A stretch of DNA of 64,000 bases. Origin: a virus. Shown piece by piece: positions 1 through 9,126 of this stretch (the stretch's first letter is position 1; each line of letters starts with the position of its first letter). The notes below the pieces were generated by a model. The model saw nothing but the letters and a program-made list of their open reading frames with translations. It did not search any database and was not told where the DNA came from. The position numbers and the translations under genes are program-made. Where the stretch lies: IMG/VR virus record IMGVR_UViG_3300040801_003310, positions 6,657 to 70,656 of that record. One strand, 5' to 3'.

Positions 1-73
1 CATAGGCTTTAGAAACTTCAATGTCTAAGTTAGCTTCTTCAATTATTGCCTTGGTGAGTTGTAGTTTGTCCAT
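1..73 (-). CDS. Hypothetical protein, N-terminal part (runs off the window start)
   Basis: ATG at 73 overlaps the stop of the upstream ORF; open frame MDKLQLTKAIIEEANLDIEVSKAY to the window edge. Confidence 0.6.
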   Translation of the reverse strand, partial: MDKLQLTKAIIEEANLDIEVSKAY

Positions 74-360
74 TATGGATAGACATGCTCGCCTTCTTTA
101 AGAAGAACTACAGAGAAGTCAGTGGTTTTGAATTGTTTGTTTAACTTCTTAGCCAAATTAATAGCATGTCCAGGATTTGAAAAAGACACTTTTTTGTATT
201 TTGGTCCTGGGTACTGTATTAATAGATTCTGAGTTTTTAAGTTAATTGGTTTGTTCTTAAAATATACAGCCCAAATACCATCAGATGCCAACACCTGTTC
301 AGTTTTGTAGGTTTCGCGGTTTGTAATTTCTGCTAGAACATCTGGTTTTGGACGACTCAC
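73..360 (-). CDS. Hypothetical phage protein
   Basis: 95 aa, GTG start with AAGGAG SD, TAAATA motif upstream. Confidence 0.8.
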   Translation of the reverse strand: MSRPKPDVLAEITNRETYKTEQVLASDGIWAVYFKNKPINLKTQNLLIQYPGPKYKKVSFSNPGHAINLAKKLNKQFKTTDFSVVLLKEGEHVYP

Positions 361-384
361 TGCTTCATACTCCTTTTGTAGAAG

Positions 385-390
385 TATTTA
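385..390 (-). promoter_or_regulatory. T4-late-like promoter core (TAAATA)
   Basis: ATAAATA in the intergenic gap upstream of the SD; the motif recurs before many genes. Confidence 0.6.
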
Positions 391-407
391 TGATTAAACT
401 GCGTACA

Positions 408-614
408 TTACCATTTATCTCCTGACACCTCAACCTGGATGATCTCGTTTGACGATGTTTTTTCTGAATTAAGTTGTTGTAGATGTAAAAGTAATTTTGT
501 AATATCAGCATGCAAGTCTTTTGCTTCCTTTAAAGACATTGGAAATTGAGCGCTTGGGTTGCCTTTTGCTTCGGTAGCAGTTATCTTATCAATGAATCTG
601 TTAATGTGTATCAT
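408..614 (-). CDS. Hypothetical protein
   Basis: 68 aa, ATGA-coupled to the upstream gene. Confidence 0.7.
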   Translation of the reverse strand: MIHINRFIDKITATEAKGNPSAQFPMSLKEAKDLHADITKLLLHLQQLNSEKTSSNEIIQVEVSGDKW

Positions 615-1078
615 GCTTCCTCTGAAAAAATATCGTCATTTATTAACTTAGGTTCGGTTTGAAACGGTCCTTCAAACTTGTTGCGCTGAAGTGTAATAAG
701 TTTTGGGCAAAACTCAACCGTCCTTTTATCTTTTAGTATAATGTAATACCCAGCCGCATACCAACTTTTACTATCGGCAGTTTTTGTGTACAGCGGCAAT
801 CGATATTGCAGGTTCCATAATGGATTATATGCAGTACCGGAAACAGGGTACCCGTGGACATCAGTTGCTTTCTTTGCTTTAGGCTTTGGCATTTCAGTGA
901 AAGTGAAAAGCCCTGATTTTTTCATCTCAGATAAAGTTTTGAATGTTCTTGCGTGTTTTCCGTTAATTCTGACTTCTAGCCCAGATTCTTCTTGTGTGAC
1001 TTGCCCAATTTTAATTTTGTTTTTCCGAAGAATCCAGTATTGATCTTTTATAATTGTTTTTGCTTCAAAGGCTGACAT
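611..1078 (-). CDS. Hypothetical phage protein
   Basis: 155 aa, in operon with rnh. Confidence 0.75.
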   Translation of the reverse strand: MSAFEAKTIIKDQYWILRKNKIKIGQVTQEESGLEVRINGKHARTFKTLSEMKKSGLFTFTEMPKPKAKKATDVHGYPVSGTAYNPLWNLQYRLPLYTKTADSKSWYAAGYYIILKDKRTVEFCPKLITLQRNKFEGPFQTEPKLINDDIFSEEA

Positions 1079-2109
1079 AATTTATTTTCTCGTAAATGTT
1101 CAATTTCGCCCGGATATGGTTTAATAATCCAGTTGATAGTATCCTGGGGATGTTCGCTAAGTCTCCCTAAATCAAATCGACTGCAAAATTTCATAAAATA
1201 GAACCCAATTTGATTTGCGGGTTTTCGACTATATATATCAACCGAGAGGACGTTTTCTATGTCATCGTCGACCATTTCGATGACCTCTCTCGGTTGGGCG
1301 GTTAGGTCGATTAATAGCCGGTTCCTTTCATAATCATCTAAAACTCGATGTTCGTTTCCATCGTGGTCAGTCCATCGCTGCAACATTAAATTATTCCAGG
1401 CAAATCCTTTTTTATCTCGATCACCAAATGCATCAAGCAAGCCAATCTTATTTTTTGTACCTTTTTTTCTAGCGCCTGGGTATGCAGAAAAAACATTATC
1501 TGTTGGATCACCTCGAATGCATTTTTCAAACAATATCCAAGATGGGTCACCAATTACCTTATGTTCTCTTGTTTTGTTGTCAATTATTGGTTGACCGTTG
1601 TCTCCATACACGCCATCAACTGTAATTAATTCTTTGGTAATACCATTGTACTGTTTAACGTTGTTATTTAAAAGTTGATAGAAATCAGTGTCTGAACTTA
1701 ATATGATGTGTTCGTCGTTGGGATGCAAATGAATCCATCGGGCAATAACGTCATCCGCTTCTGCATTTGGACTTCGAATTACTGAGCAATTTGTGTGTTC
1801 CTTAAGGTATTTAGTCAATTCATTAAACGTTTCCCAATACAGCTCATCCTCTTCAACCTGTTCTTCACTTCTGGCTTGTCTTTCTTCTGCTCTTGGCTTT
1901 TTATATGGTTCATATACTTCTTTTCTCCAGGAGTGACCTTCAAGAGCAAAAACAATATGATCCACCTGGACATTCTTTGTCACTTTGGTAATTGACGAAA
2001 ACATTATATGAATACTTAATCCTAACTTATCGTCTATTGTTGCATTTCGACTAGCTGTATGCCGTACACGAAAGAATAAATTAGCGGTGTCGACTGTAAG
2101 GTATTTCAT
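1048..2109 (-). CDS. rnh: T4-like RNase H / 5'-3' exonuclease (FEN/PIN fold)
   Basis: Motifs VDTANLF, WRKEVYEPYK, EADDVIA, SSDTDFYQL, GDPTDNV. Confidence 0.9.
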   Translation of the reverse strand: MKYLTVDTANLFFRVRHTASRNATIDDKLGLSIHIMFSSITKVTKNVQVDHIVFALEGHSWRKEVYEPYKKPRAEERQARSEEQVEEDELYWETFNELTKYLKEHTNCSVIRSPNAEADDVIARWIHLHPNDEHIILSSDTDFYQLLNNNVKQYNGITKELITVDGVYGDNGQPIIDNKTREHKVIGDPSWILFEKCIRGDPTDNVFSAYPGARKKGTKNKIGLLDAFGDRDKKGFAWNNLMLQRWTDHDGNEHRVLDDYERNRLLIDLTAQPREVIEMVDDDIENVLSVDIYSRKPANQIGFYFMKFCSRFDLGRLSEHPQDTINWIIKPYPGEIEHLRENKLCQPLKQKQL

Positions 2110-2693
2110 ACTAGTTTTGCTCGGATAATGTAATTAAGTAAATGCTTGGCCCAGGCAGAATGTGCATCTGGACCAAAATGTTCGTTTGAAGTAATTACCG
2201 TATCATACCCATGTACATTGAGCCAGGTTGAGAAACAACCTTCGGGCAAATACGGATCTAAATAACTTACACTAAAATTATAGCGATTATCTGTTGAGAT
2301 GTCAACTAAGCTGGTATCGCCGTTGAAAAATAAAAAATTAGTAAAATTGTGACCAATTAAGTATTCATAGAAACCAGTGATGGCCTCTAAATCCTTCTGT
2401 GGGGTTTCAAAATTTCCCCATTGTAAAATTACAAATACGTCTTGCGGTTTTTTATCTGATAACCAGGATTTTGTATTCTCGATTATTTGCCCATTGGTTT
2501 GATTAAATCGAGCCTCGGTGTGGAATCCCATTTTAAGCCAAGAAGATAACAGAGCCCCCCAGGATACTTTTATGTTATCTGGATGTGGTCTTCCTTCAAG
2601 ATTCCAGTACCGTGCATCTTCGTCAGCACGTTTATATGGGTTAACTGCTTCGGCCGCTGCTGTATGCCCGGTGCCGTTGGTATAAAGAATCAT
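2106..2693 (-). CDS. Degenerate SGNH/GDSL hydrolase-like protein
   Basis: N-terminal LYTNGTGHT (GDS-like block) and C-terminal HFGPDAHSAWA. Confidence 0.5.
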   Translation of the reverse strand: MILYTNGTGHTAAAEAVNPYKRADEDARYWNLEGRPHPDNIKVSWGALLSSWLKMGFHTEARFNQTNGQIIENTKSWLSDKKPQDVFVILQWGNFETPQKDLEAITGFYEYLIGHNFTNFLFFNGDTSLVDISTDNRYNFSVSYLDPYLPEGCFSTWLNVHGYDTVITSNEHFGPDAHSAWAKHLLNYIIRAKLV

Positions 2694-3001
2694 TCTGGTA
2701 CGTCTTTATTTTCCCAGGCGCGACCGCAATGCTGACAACTAACGTGAGTATTTGACTGGCGAGTATATGCGGACCCGCAAGGGCACCTCAAGTCTTGTCT
2801 ATACTTCATGTATGCTCGAGGATAAACCCTCTGCCAGAGGTCTCTACTACGCAATGGAGTTTCGGGCAAATCTTTGAGCCCATCGGCCGGAATGCGCAGA
2901 AGATTGTGATTGCTCTCCAACGTACATGTACTCTTGGCCTCTAGTTTTACCTGACCGTCTACCACTAGTGTATCACCAGGGAATAAATTAACCTTATGCA
3001 T
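2690..3001 (-). CDS. Zn-ribbon protein
   Basis: CPCG...CQHCG near the C-terminus. Confidence 0.6.
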   Translation of the reverse strand: MHKVNLFPGDTLVVDGQVKLEAKSTCTLESNHNLLRIPADGLKDLPETPLRSRDLWQRVYPRAYMKYRQDLRCPCGSAYTRQSNTHVSCQHCGRAWENKDVPE

Positions 3002-3548
3002 ATTTTTCTAACCTATTAATTTCTGCGCTAATACGTTCTATCATTTGGTTGACATTTCGTATAGCTGTAACATTTTTTGTATCGTATTTTTGAAGCCGAA
3101 CTAGTTCTGCATCTAAATAGAATTTAATTTTTTTAGCATCGCGCATTTCTTCCGAATGTTCAACATGCCCCATACGGAAGCACGCTCTAAACACTTCGCC
3201 TAGCTGAGCATTCATATTACAAAACGATATCAAGTCTTGTAACATTGTTGCATCTTCTGGTAAAGGCAACGATACTGGTGTCATTAACTCTAATTCTTCG
3301 TTTCCGTAAATGTAGCATAGACGAAAAATCTCGCCAATTTGTGCATTCATATTCCGGTAGGAAACCAGATCTTGCATGAATGCAGCATCCTCAGGAAAAT
3401 CATAATATCCTGCACTCGAGCCATCCGACTTTTCTTTCTTAGTCCTTGTTGGCAACTTCCCAGGTAAACCGAGTTTGCCGTTGGATTCTGATGCATCCAA
3501 TTCCTCGTCCCACCCTGCCGGGGGATCTAACACTTCTTTAATAGCCAT
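2994..3548 (-). CDS. DUF3310-like protein with internal duplication
   Basis: Two copies of PEDAxxxQDLxSxxNMNAQxGExFR; RDAKKIKFY resembles the DUF3310 DLxKAxWY motif. Confidence 0.55.
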   Translation of the reverse strand: MAIKEVLDPPAGWDEELDASESNGKLGLPGKLPTRTKKEKSDGSSAGYYDFPEDAAFMQDLVSYRNMNAQIGEIFRLCYIYGNEELELMTPVSLPLPEDATMLQDLISFCNMNAQLGEVFRACFRMGHVEHSEEMRDAKKIKFYLDAELVRLQKYDTKNVTAIRNVNQMIERISAEINRLEKYA

Positions 3549-3557
3549 TGATTAACC

Positions 3558-4097
3558 TCATTTAATTTTCAACGGAGGAATAAGTATAGATTCAAGTCTA
3601 AGATTATCTTCCGTTACTAACACCGTTGATTCACTTTCGTCGTAAGCGTCAAGCGGGTTATTGGATATAATGTCTCCGCTTGGCAGTTCCATTACTCGAA
3701 TCGAGAACGACTTCGAAAGTTTCTGCCAAAGTTTTTCACCATCTGGTGTTTGTTTGCTATCACTCATTAATTGATACCCGTCACTGTGCATAATAGCATG
3801 ATACATCTTGATTGCTAAATGCATTCCTCGGTAACGAGGTAAAACAGATACTCCGTTAATTTGATAATATTTTTTGTTATTAATGATTTTTACCTTGCCA
3901 GCAGTAGCCGCAACAATTTCTCCATCGTCAATTAAGTAATACGTTTGAAACCCATCCTGAAGATTCTTAAAGAAAGCAAACCCGTCGATATCGCCATTGA
4001 ATCCCGCAGGCTGTTCTCCATCTCTTTTTAATCGAGATAGTCTGACACCACCTTGATTGACCCGGTTAATTTCAGTTATATTCACGTCGACCGTCAT
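3558..4097 (-). CDS. GNAT-family acetyltransferase
   Basis: Motif A VSVLPRYRGMHLAIKMY; SDSKQTPDGEKLWQKL. Confidence 0.8.
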   Translation of the reverse strand: MTVDVNITEINRVNQGGVRLSRLKRDGEQPAGFNGDIDGFAFFKNLQDGFQTYYLIDDGEIVAATAGKVKIINNKKYYQINGVSVLPRYRGMHLAIKMYHAIMHSDGYQLMSDSKQTPDGEKLWQKLSKSFSIRVMELPSGDIISNNPLDAYDESESTVLVTEDNLRLESILIPPLKIK

Positions 4098-4440
4098 CTA
4101 ACCTACGAGATTTTACAGGATGCCGATCGGCTACGTCTTGCTCATAAGTTTCCATTACAACATTGCGACAAACAGTCGTGAACCACTGATCGACAAGATC
4201 TGCGTCGGTTTTGCCTTGGTATCCTGCGCGTATGAGCTTTGCTATAAAGAATTCATTCCAGTCGAGCTCGAATGCACCTGAAGCTACATTCTCTGGATCC
4301 ACATCCATTGATACTACCGCTACCCACGGTTCTTGTTTTGCTGTCGCAGCTTCTTTTTGTGACATAAGTTCTTCTCGCTTGCTGTTATCATTATCCTGTA
4401 ATGATTCTTTTTTTGAAAATAAATTTTTTAACCAATTCAT
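4072..4440 (-). CDS. Hypothetical phage protein
   Basis: 122 aa, coupled in operon; GAFELDWN...VDQWF. Confidence 0.75.
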   Translation of the reverse strand: MNWLKNLFSKKESLQDNDNSKREELMSQKEAATAKQEPWVAVVSMDVDPENVASGAFELDWNEFFIAKLIRAGYQGKTDADLVDQWFTTVCRNVVMETYEQDVADRHPVKSRRLDDGRREYN

Positions 4441-4688
4441 TCTTTGTCCTTTCCGGTTAACTGCATATATGTATATGCAGAAAGAGTTATCCAGGTTTTT
4501 CTTATTGGAACCGGCAACACTTCTATGTCTATTTTTTGTCCTAACATTGCCATTTGTCCTGGCCAGATAATTTTATTTGTTTTAGAACAACGATGCCACC
4601 AAAGTGCTCGCTCTTTACTCCAACTTGTTCTACGCCATCTTGTAAAATATTTTGCATGACGGAGAGTTATCTCATCGGGAATTATCAT
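4437..4688 (-). CDS. Hypothetical protein (R-C...KIIWP paralog family)
   Basis: HRCSKTNKIIWPGQMA shared with neighbouring ORFs. Confidence 0.7.
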   Translation of the reverse strand: MIIPDEITLRHAKYFTRWRRTSWSKERALWWHRCSKTNKIIWPGQMAMLGQKIDIEVLPVPIRKTWITLSAYTYMQLTGKDKE

Positions 4689-5007
4689 TGATTTTTAACT
4701 TTACATTTTTAAGTTTTTCGATAACCAATGACTCGTTAGTCATCCACCTGCTGACCCAATTGTAAGAAAGTGTACGGTCGAAGAAGGCTGCATCGCCTCG
4801 CCATGCCATTTGGCCAGGCTTTATTATTTTTCCACTAACCATACAAGCCCTGAACCACATGCATCTTTTCTTCGTCCAGGTTAAATGCTCGGGTCCAAAT
4901 CGGCCACTAATTATGTCCATATCGTGCAGATGTTTTTCCATCTTCTCTTCCATTCTTGTAAGTCTTTCGTCAATTCGATCTCGCAAGTTTTGTACATATG
5001 CACTCAT
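4672..5007 (-). CDS. Hypothetical protein (R-C...KIIWP paralog family)
   Basis: RACMVSGKIIKPGQMA. Confidence 0.7.
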   Translation of the reverse strand: MSAYVQNLRDRIDERLTRMEEKMEKHLHDMDIISGRFGPEHLTWTKKRCMWFRACMVSGKIIKPGQMAWRGDAAFFDRTLSYNWVSRWMTNESLVIEKLKNVKLKINDNSR

Positions 5008-5273
5008 AATTTTTTTACGCTGTCAATCAATTCAAATACTTCTGTAAACTGATATCGTTCGCCAGAATTAAATTCAACTACAAATTCACCAAATTCAGCA
5101 AACGTTGATGATTCAACCACTAACCAGTTACTATCATCCGCCATTCGTTCTTTTAATACCCACAATTCAGAAGTATTCAATTCGCTACGAATAAAATCTA
5201 ATTTGTCGGGCCAGGCCATTTTGCTTTTCTCCGTTGTGTACTTTGAAGCAATGCCAGTTCCAAAACCTGGCAT
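5004..5273 (-). CDS. Hypothetical protein
   Basis: 89 aa, tightly packed in operon. Confidence 0.65.
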   Translation of the reverse strand: MPGFGTGIASKYTTEKSKMAWPDKLDFIRSELNTSELWVLKERMADDSNWLVVESSTFAEFGEFVVEFNSGERYQFTEVFELIDSVKKL

Positions 5274-5275
5274 GC

Positions 5276-5509
5276 TTATAACTTTCCAATTAACTTTAAA
5301 TAGGAGTATTCGCGGTCGCTCATTTTAATTCGCAAATAGTTTATGCTTTCTGACTGATCGTGCGATATTTCGGCTGCTACAAAAATCTTTGCAAGAGGCC
5401 AAATTATTTTTCCTGTAGTGGTACACCTAAACGGTATTATACAGCGACGCTGGCGAAACACCAGCGACTTTAAACAAACCTCGTCATCTTGATAGCTCAA
5501 GTCCCCCAT
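5276..5509 (-). CDS. Hypothetical protein (R-C...KIIWP paralog family)
   Basis: FRCTTTGKIIWPLA; start moved to the ATG overlapping the queE end. Confidence 0.65.
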   Translation of the reverse strand: MGDLSYQDDEVCLKSLVFRQRRCIIPFRCTTTGKIIWPLAKIFVAAEISHDQSESINYLRIKMSDREYSYLKLIGKL

Positions 5510-6369
5510 GCATTCTTCCAAATATCAACTTGCAAGCGCGGAGAATACTTATAACCGGTGCTCAATGCCAACGCTGCAACATCTGGTGCTGTTAGGTTAT
5601 ACAGGTCTGATATCCCGCCAACTGGCATTAGATATACGTCACCGTCCCAGCCAGCATCTTGATAATCATGTATAAAGTGCTTGGCATGCTCAACGTCGAT
5701 TTTATTTGCTACTACAAACTTCAAATAGGTTTCGCCAAACTGTTGGTAGCTTGCAACAACTTCTGGTTTAAGTGCTTCGTCGATTCTTTCTCCCGAGCAC
5801 GGTAATTTTGCAGATACAGAGAACGTTACACGAATTGGCTTAGGATTTTTTATCTGTTCCACTAGCAAGAAATTTGCAAAATCTTCTGCAATGGGTTGAG
5901 TACCGTTTGTTTCAAACGTAACGTCGGTATATCCGTGCTCTCTTAATAGCACAAACAATTCCGGATAGGCGCGCTGCCAACCCAATAGTGGTTCACCACC
6001 GGTAATAACTAAATGCACCCGTCCATCATTTACTAACCGTCCGTGAAGAGATTGGCGAACAGTTTCGATCTCTTTCATCACGGCGGGGATTTCTAAAGTA
6101 GGCGAAAGGTCCTTAAAGGCTGGGTGCCAACTTGCATATGAGTCGCAACCGGTTCTTGCTAACGGTAAGTCTTCATATCGCCATTCTGGATGCTTTTTGA
6201 AATCTTCTGCAATTTGTTCTGGTTCGGTTGTTTTCTGTGCGGATGGCATACCAAATCCGCGGCATTGGAAATTGCATCCAAATGTTCGCAAAAACACCGA
6301 AGGCACACCAACAAACTTGCCTTCGCCTTGCAACGAATAAAAGATTTCTGCTACTTTAAGTTTTGACAT
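5497..6369 (-). CDS. queE: 7-carboxy-7-deazaguanine synthase (radical SAM)
   Basis: EIFYSLQGEG, FLRTFGCNFQC...GCDS, ITGGEP, ETNGT, SPRLQVDIW. Confidence 0.92.
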   Translation of the reverse strand: MSKLKVAEIFYSLQGEGKFVGVPSVFLRTFGCNFQCRGFGMPSAQKTTEPEQIAEDFKKHPEWRYEDLPLARTGCDSYASWHPAFKDLSPTLEIPAVMKEIETVRQSLHGRLVNDGRVHLVITGGEPLLGWQRAYPELFVLLREHGYTDVTFETNGTQPIAEDFANFLLVEQIKNPKPIRVTFSVSAKLPCSGERIDEALKPEVVASYQQFGETYLKFVVANKIDVEHAKHFIHDYQDAGWDGDVYLMPVGGISDLYNLTAPDVAALALSTGYKYSPRLQVDIWKNAWGT

Positions 6370-6893
6370 TAGTCATCCTGCTCCCACGGAAATACTATCC
6401 AAGGACTATATTCTTCAGTTTTTGCAATCTGAATTGCGCTATAGTCTATTGTAGCATCAGAATTACAGTTGTCAACTAAACAGGCAAATCGAACATTCTT
6501 ATGCCAAATTTCGTTATCCCATGCAAGAGAATTTGGATAGCAACCACTGCGCCAATCGTTTTTAATCCAATTGATAGTGGCACCCGAATCGTTTATATCG
6601 TCGACAATCAGAATGTTCTTACGGACTGCCCCATCATCAACATCGTACCCGTATGCCATTTCGGCCATCCAAGTATTTGATTCGAGACCCATTTCTTTTT
6701 TATCACGCAACGAAACATCCAAAGTATACATTGGCTTTTTTAGGAAATGGCTTAGCAATGTTCCTGGGATAAGGCCACCACGAGTAATACCAACAATAAA
6801 GTCTGGGTCATATTTAGAAAGAAGAATTTTCCTTGCTAAGCGAACAACCTGTTTTTGCAAATCATCAAAGTCATAATAAACTTTAACGCTCAT
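6369..6893 (-). CDS. Purine phosphoribosyltransferase (Gpt/HPRT-like)
   Basis: GITRGGLIP, PRPP loop LIVDDINDSGAT, WIVFPWE; ATGA-coupled to queD. Confidence 0.85.
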   Translation of the reverse strand: MSVKVYYDFDDLQKQVVRLARKILLSKYDPDFIVGITRGGLIPGTLLSHFLKKPMYTLDVSLRDKKEMGLESNTWMAEMAYGYDVDDGAVRKNILIVDDINDSGATINWIKNDWRSGCYPNSLAWDNEIWHKNVRFACLVDNCNSDATIDYSAIQIAKTEEYSPWIVFPWEQDD

Positions 6894-7483
6894 ACTTCTA
6901 CCCTGCAATGCGACTTTGGTGTTTCCCAAAACTCAACGGCAACTACCTTCACATCCATCTTTGCCATTTTTTCCTGCGCTACTTTTAATAGCCACGCACT
7001 CAAGTTTTCGGAAGTCGGTACAAAGTCAACAAACACCATGCCTTCATACTTCTCATATACTGCCTGACTTACGTCTTTTGGTAAGAATGCTAAATCTGGC
7101 ATCCAGTACCCTTCTGGAAATGAATTACACTTGGATAAGTCTAACTCCCACCCAACCTTTGACATGTCGCCTGATGTGTATGACGATTTAATGTATTCTG
7201 GAACCTCGTGTGGCAACAATGGATCGTTACAGTCAAGGATCATTTTGTGGTCTAATACATCATCAATAAAATTCTTCATCCAACCGAGATGTTTGAAGTC
7301 GGTGACCATACCGCGCTCGAGTTCAGTACCTTCAAGCATAACCTTCAGTTTGCCTTGATGCCCGTGTAAATGCCTACAAGCAAGACAAGCACCTTCCGAC
7401 CCGGTAAATTCTACATTCAATTGCTGGTTATGTACACGATGGCCATAACACCAATCAAAACTTTTATCAATTATCCACTTCAT
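6890..7483 (-). CDS. queD: 6-carboxy-5,6,7,8-tetrahydropterin synthase
   Basis: YGHRV, CRHLHGH, GMVTDF, LDHK, PTSENL, WETPKS. Confidence 0.9.
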   Translation of the reverse strand: MKWIIDKSFDWCYGHRVHNQQLNVEFTGSEGACLACRHLHGHQGKLKVMLEGTELERGMVTDFKHLGWMKNFIDDVLDHKMILDCNDPLLPHEVPEYIKSSYTSGDMSKVGWELDLSKCNSFPEGYWMPDLAFLPKDVSQAVYEKYEGMVFVDFVPTSENLSAWLLKVAQEKMAKMDVKVVAVEFWETPKSHCRVEV

Positions 7484-7487
7484 TTTC

Positions 7488-7817
7488 TTAGCCTTTGTTT
7501 CTCATTAGTTTTTCGATCAACTTATACTTTTCATATGCATCTTTAAGAGCTGGATACATTTCGTGTTTTTCAAAATCATCTTGCAAAATTAACAAACGCT
7601 CTTCTATCGATTGCATAAATTCTTTCATGCTTTTTCCGTCAATGGTAATATCAGCATCGCCGGATAATTTCACTCCCTCTTCACTAATGTTCACCTTCTC
7701 CTCGGAAGTGTTTTCATAAAAGGTAAGGTGTTGCCCTGAATTCATATATGTTGAGTTTGTGATAGTAGCCTCGTGCTCCAGATCCCACGACTCGTAGTTT
7801 ATTTCATCATCGTTCAT
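7488..7817 (-). CDS. Hypothetical protein with C-terminal PALKDAYEKY helix
   Basis: 109 aa; C-terminal motif shared with several other ORFs. Confidence 0.7.
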   Translation of the reverse strand: MNDDEINYESWDLEHEATITNSTYMNSGQHLTFYENTSEEKVNISEEGVKLSGDADITIDGKSMKEFMQSIEERLLILQDDFEKHEMYPALKDAYEKYKLIEKLMRNKG

Positions 7818-8113
7818 TTTGGAGAAGCATCCTCGCCTTCTTCAATATTACTAATAACTTCTTCCATGTTGCTACCAGGGCATGAGTAAACTATTTGATA
7901 ATTTGTATCACTCAATGCTATGCCCGTAGAGACGCAATTTTCATCAGCAAATTCAGTTAAGATTTCAAGATTTTTTTGTAGTTGAAATTCTTGGAAGAAT
8001 ACATAAAACAGTCCTATCACCATAATTAGCATTATGCTAGACAAGATTGATATTGTTATAATATCAGACCTATCAAAATCTGACCATGGAAATTTATATT
8101 TTGTTATTTTCAT
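7814..8113 (-). CDS. Hypothetical membrane protein
   Basis: One hydrophobic segment IITISILSSIMLIMVIGLFYVFF. Confidence 0.65.
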   Translation of the reverse strand: MKITKYKFPWSDFDRSDIITISILSSIMLIMVIGLFYVFFQEFQLQKNLEILTEFADENCVSTGIALSDTNYQIVYSCPGSNMEEVISNIEEGEDASPK

Positions 8114-8119
8114 TTTGCA

Positions 8120-8434
8120 TTACTTCATCATTTCCATGTTAATCAATTTAGTCATAGATTCAGTGAAGTCCTCATCATTGGATATTACATATATTGTATC
8201 ATGATGTCTATCAGTATGGCGATCATACTTTGTAAATCTTACAATTTTTCCACCGCTCGCTTTTGTAATTTGGACATTCAGAGGCTCTCCAAATTGGTCA
8301 ACCTCCCGAATTCTTTGCGGTCGGGAGGAAACGTTGATTTGATCCTCGTCTTCATTAAACTTCCGATTTTCCGCCTGTAATTCGGCTTCTGCCCGCTTCA
8401 ATGCACGAAGCCAGGACCTTGCTATCCAACCCAT
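8120..8434 (-). CDS. Hypothetical protein
   Basis: 104 aa, AGGAG SD. Confidence 0.7.
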   Translation of the reverse strand: MGWIARSWLRALKRAEAELQAENRKFNEDEDQINVSSRPQRIREVDQFGEPLNVQITKASGGKIVRFTKYDRHTDRHHDTIYVISNDEDFTESMTKLINMEMMK

Positions 8435-8445
8435 TTAACTACTCC

Positions 8446-9126
8446 TTACTTTTTATTATGGAACAATGCCATAAACTCTGCACGGGTGGTTGGATCATTT
8501 TTAAATGCACCGCCCATTTTGCTTGTCACAGTAGTAGAGTTAACATCTTCAACACCGCGCGATTTTACGCAATAATGCTGAGCATCTACAATAACTGCTA
8601 CATTATCTGTTTCAAGGATATACTGTAGTGCATGATAGATTTGTTCAGTAAGTCTTTCTTGTATTTGTGGACGTTTTGAAAAGTATTCAACAATACGATT
8701 CATTTTGGAAAGTCCGAGAACTTTTTTGTTTGGGATATATGCGACTGTTGCGCTGCCGTCAATTACTACAAAGTGATGTTCGCAATTTGATTGTACTGAA
8801 ATATTACGCTCTACAACCATTTCGTCGTAATTCATCTTGTTTTCGACGGTTGTGCATTTTGGAAATGCATCATAGTCTAAACCCCAAAAGATCTCATTGA
8901 CAAACATTTTGGCGACACGCTTAGGTGTGTCTCGAAGACTATCGTCATTGAGATCTAACCCTAGCATTGCCATTATATCGCCAAATCGGCTTTCAATTAA
9001 TTCGATTTTGTCAGTACGGCTTAGGCTATCTAGCTCGTTGCGAGGAGTTTCTACTCCACATTTAAGTAAGTGTTGGTGAATTTCTTGACCCAGAACAGGG
9101 TCAGTTTTGGTTTTGTTGTAAGACAT
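8446..9126 (-). CDS. folE: GTP cyclohydrolase I
   Basis: DTPKRVAKM, SNCEHHF, GLSKMNRIV, RPQIQERLT, HYCVKSRGV. Confidence 0.95.
   Translation of the reverse strand: MSYNKTKTDPVLGQEIHQHLLKCGVETPRNELDSLSRTDKIELIESRFGDIMAMLGLDLNDDSLRDTPKRVAKMFVNEIFWGLDYDAFPKCTTVENKMNYDEMVVERNISVQSNCEHHFVVIDGSATVAYIPNKKVLGLSKMNRIVEYFSKRPQIQERLTEQIYHALQYILETDNVAVIVDAQHYCVKSRGVEDVNSTTVTSKMGGAFKNDPTTRAEFMALFHNKK

Noticed and set aside
5497-6369. QueE with a broken CxxxCxxC motif as a pseudogene
   Set aside because: The third Cys is present after an insertion (GCDS) and all other motifs are intact, so it is probably a functional variant
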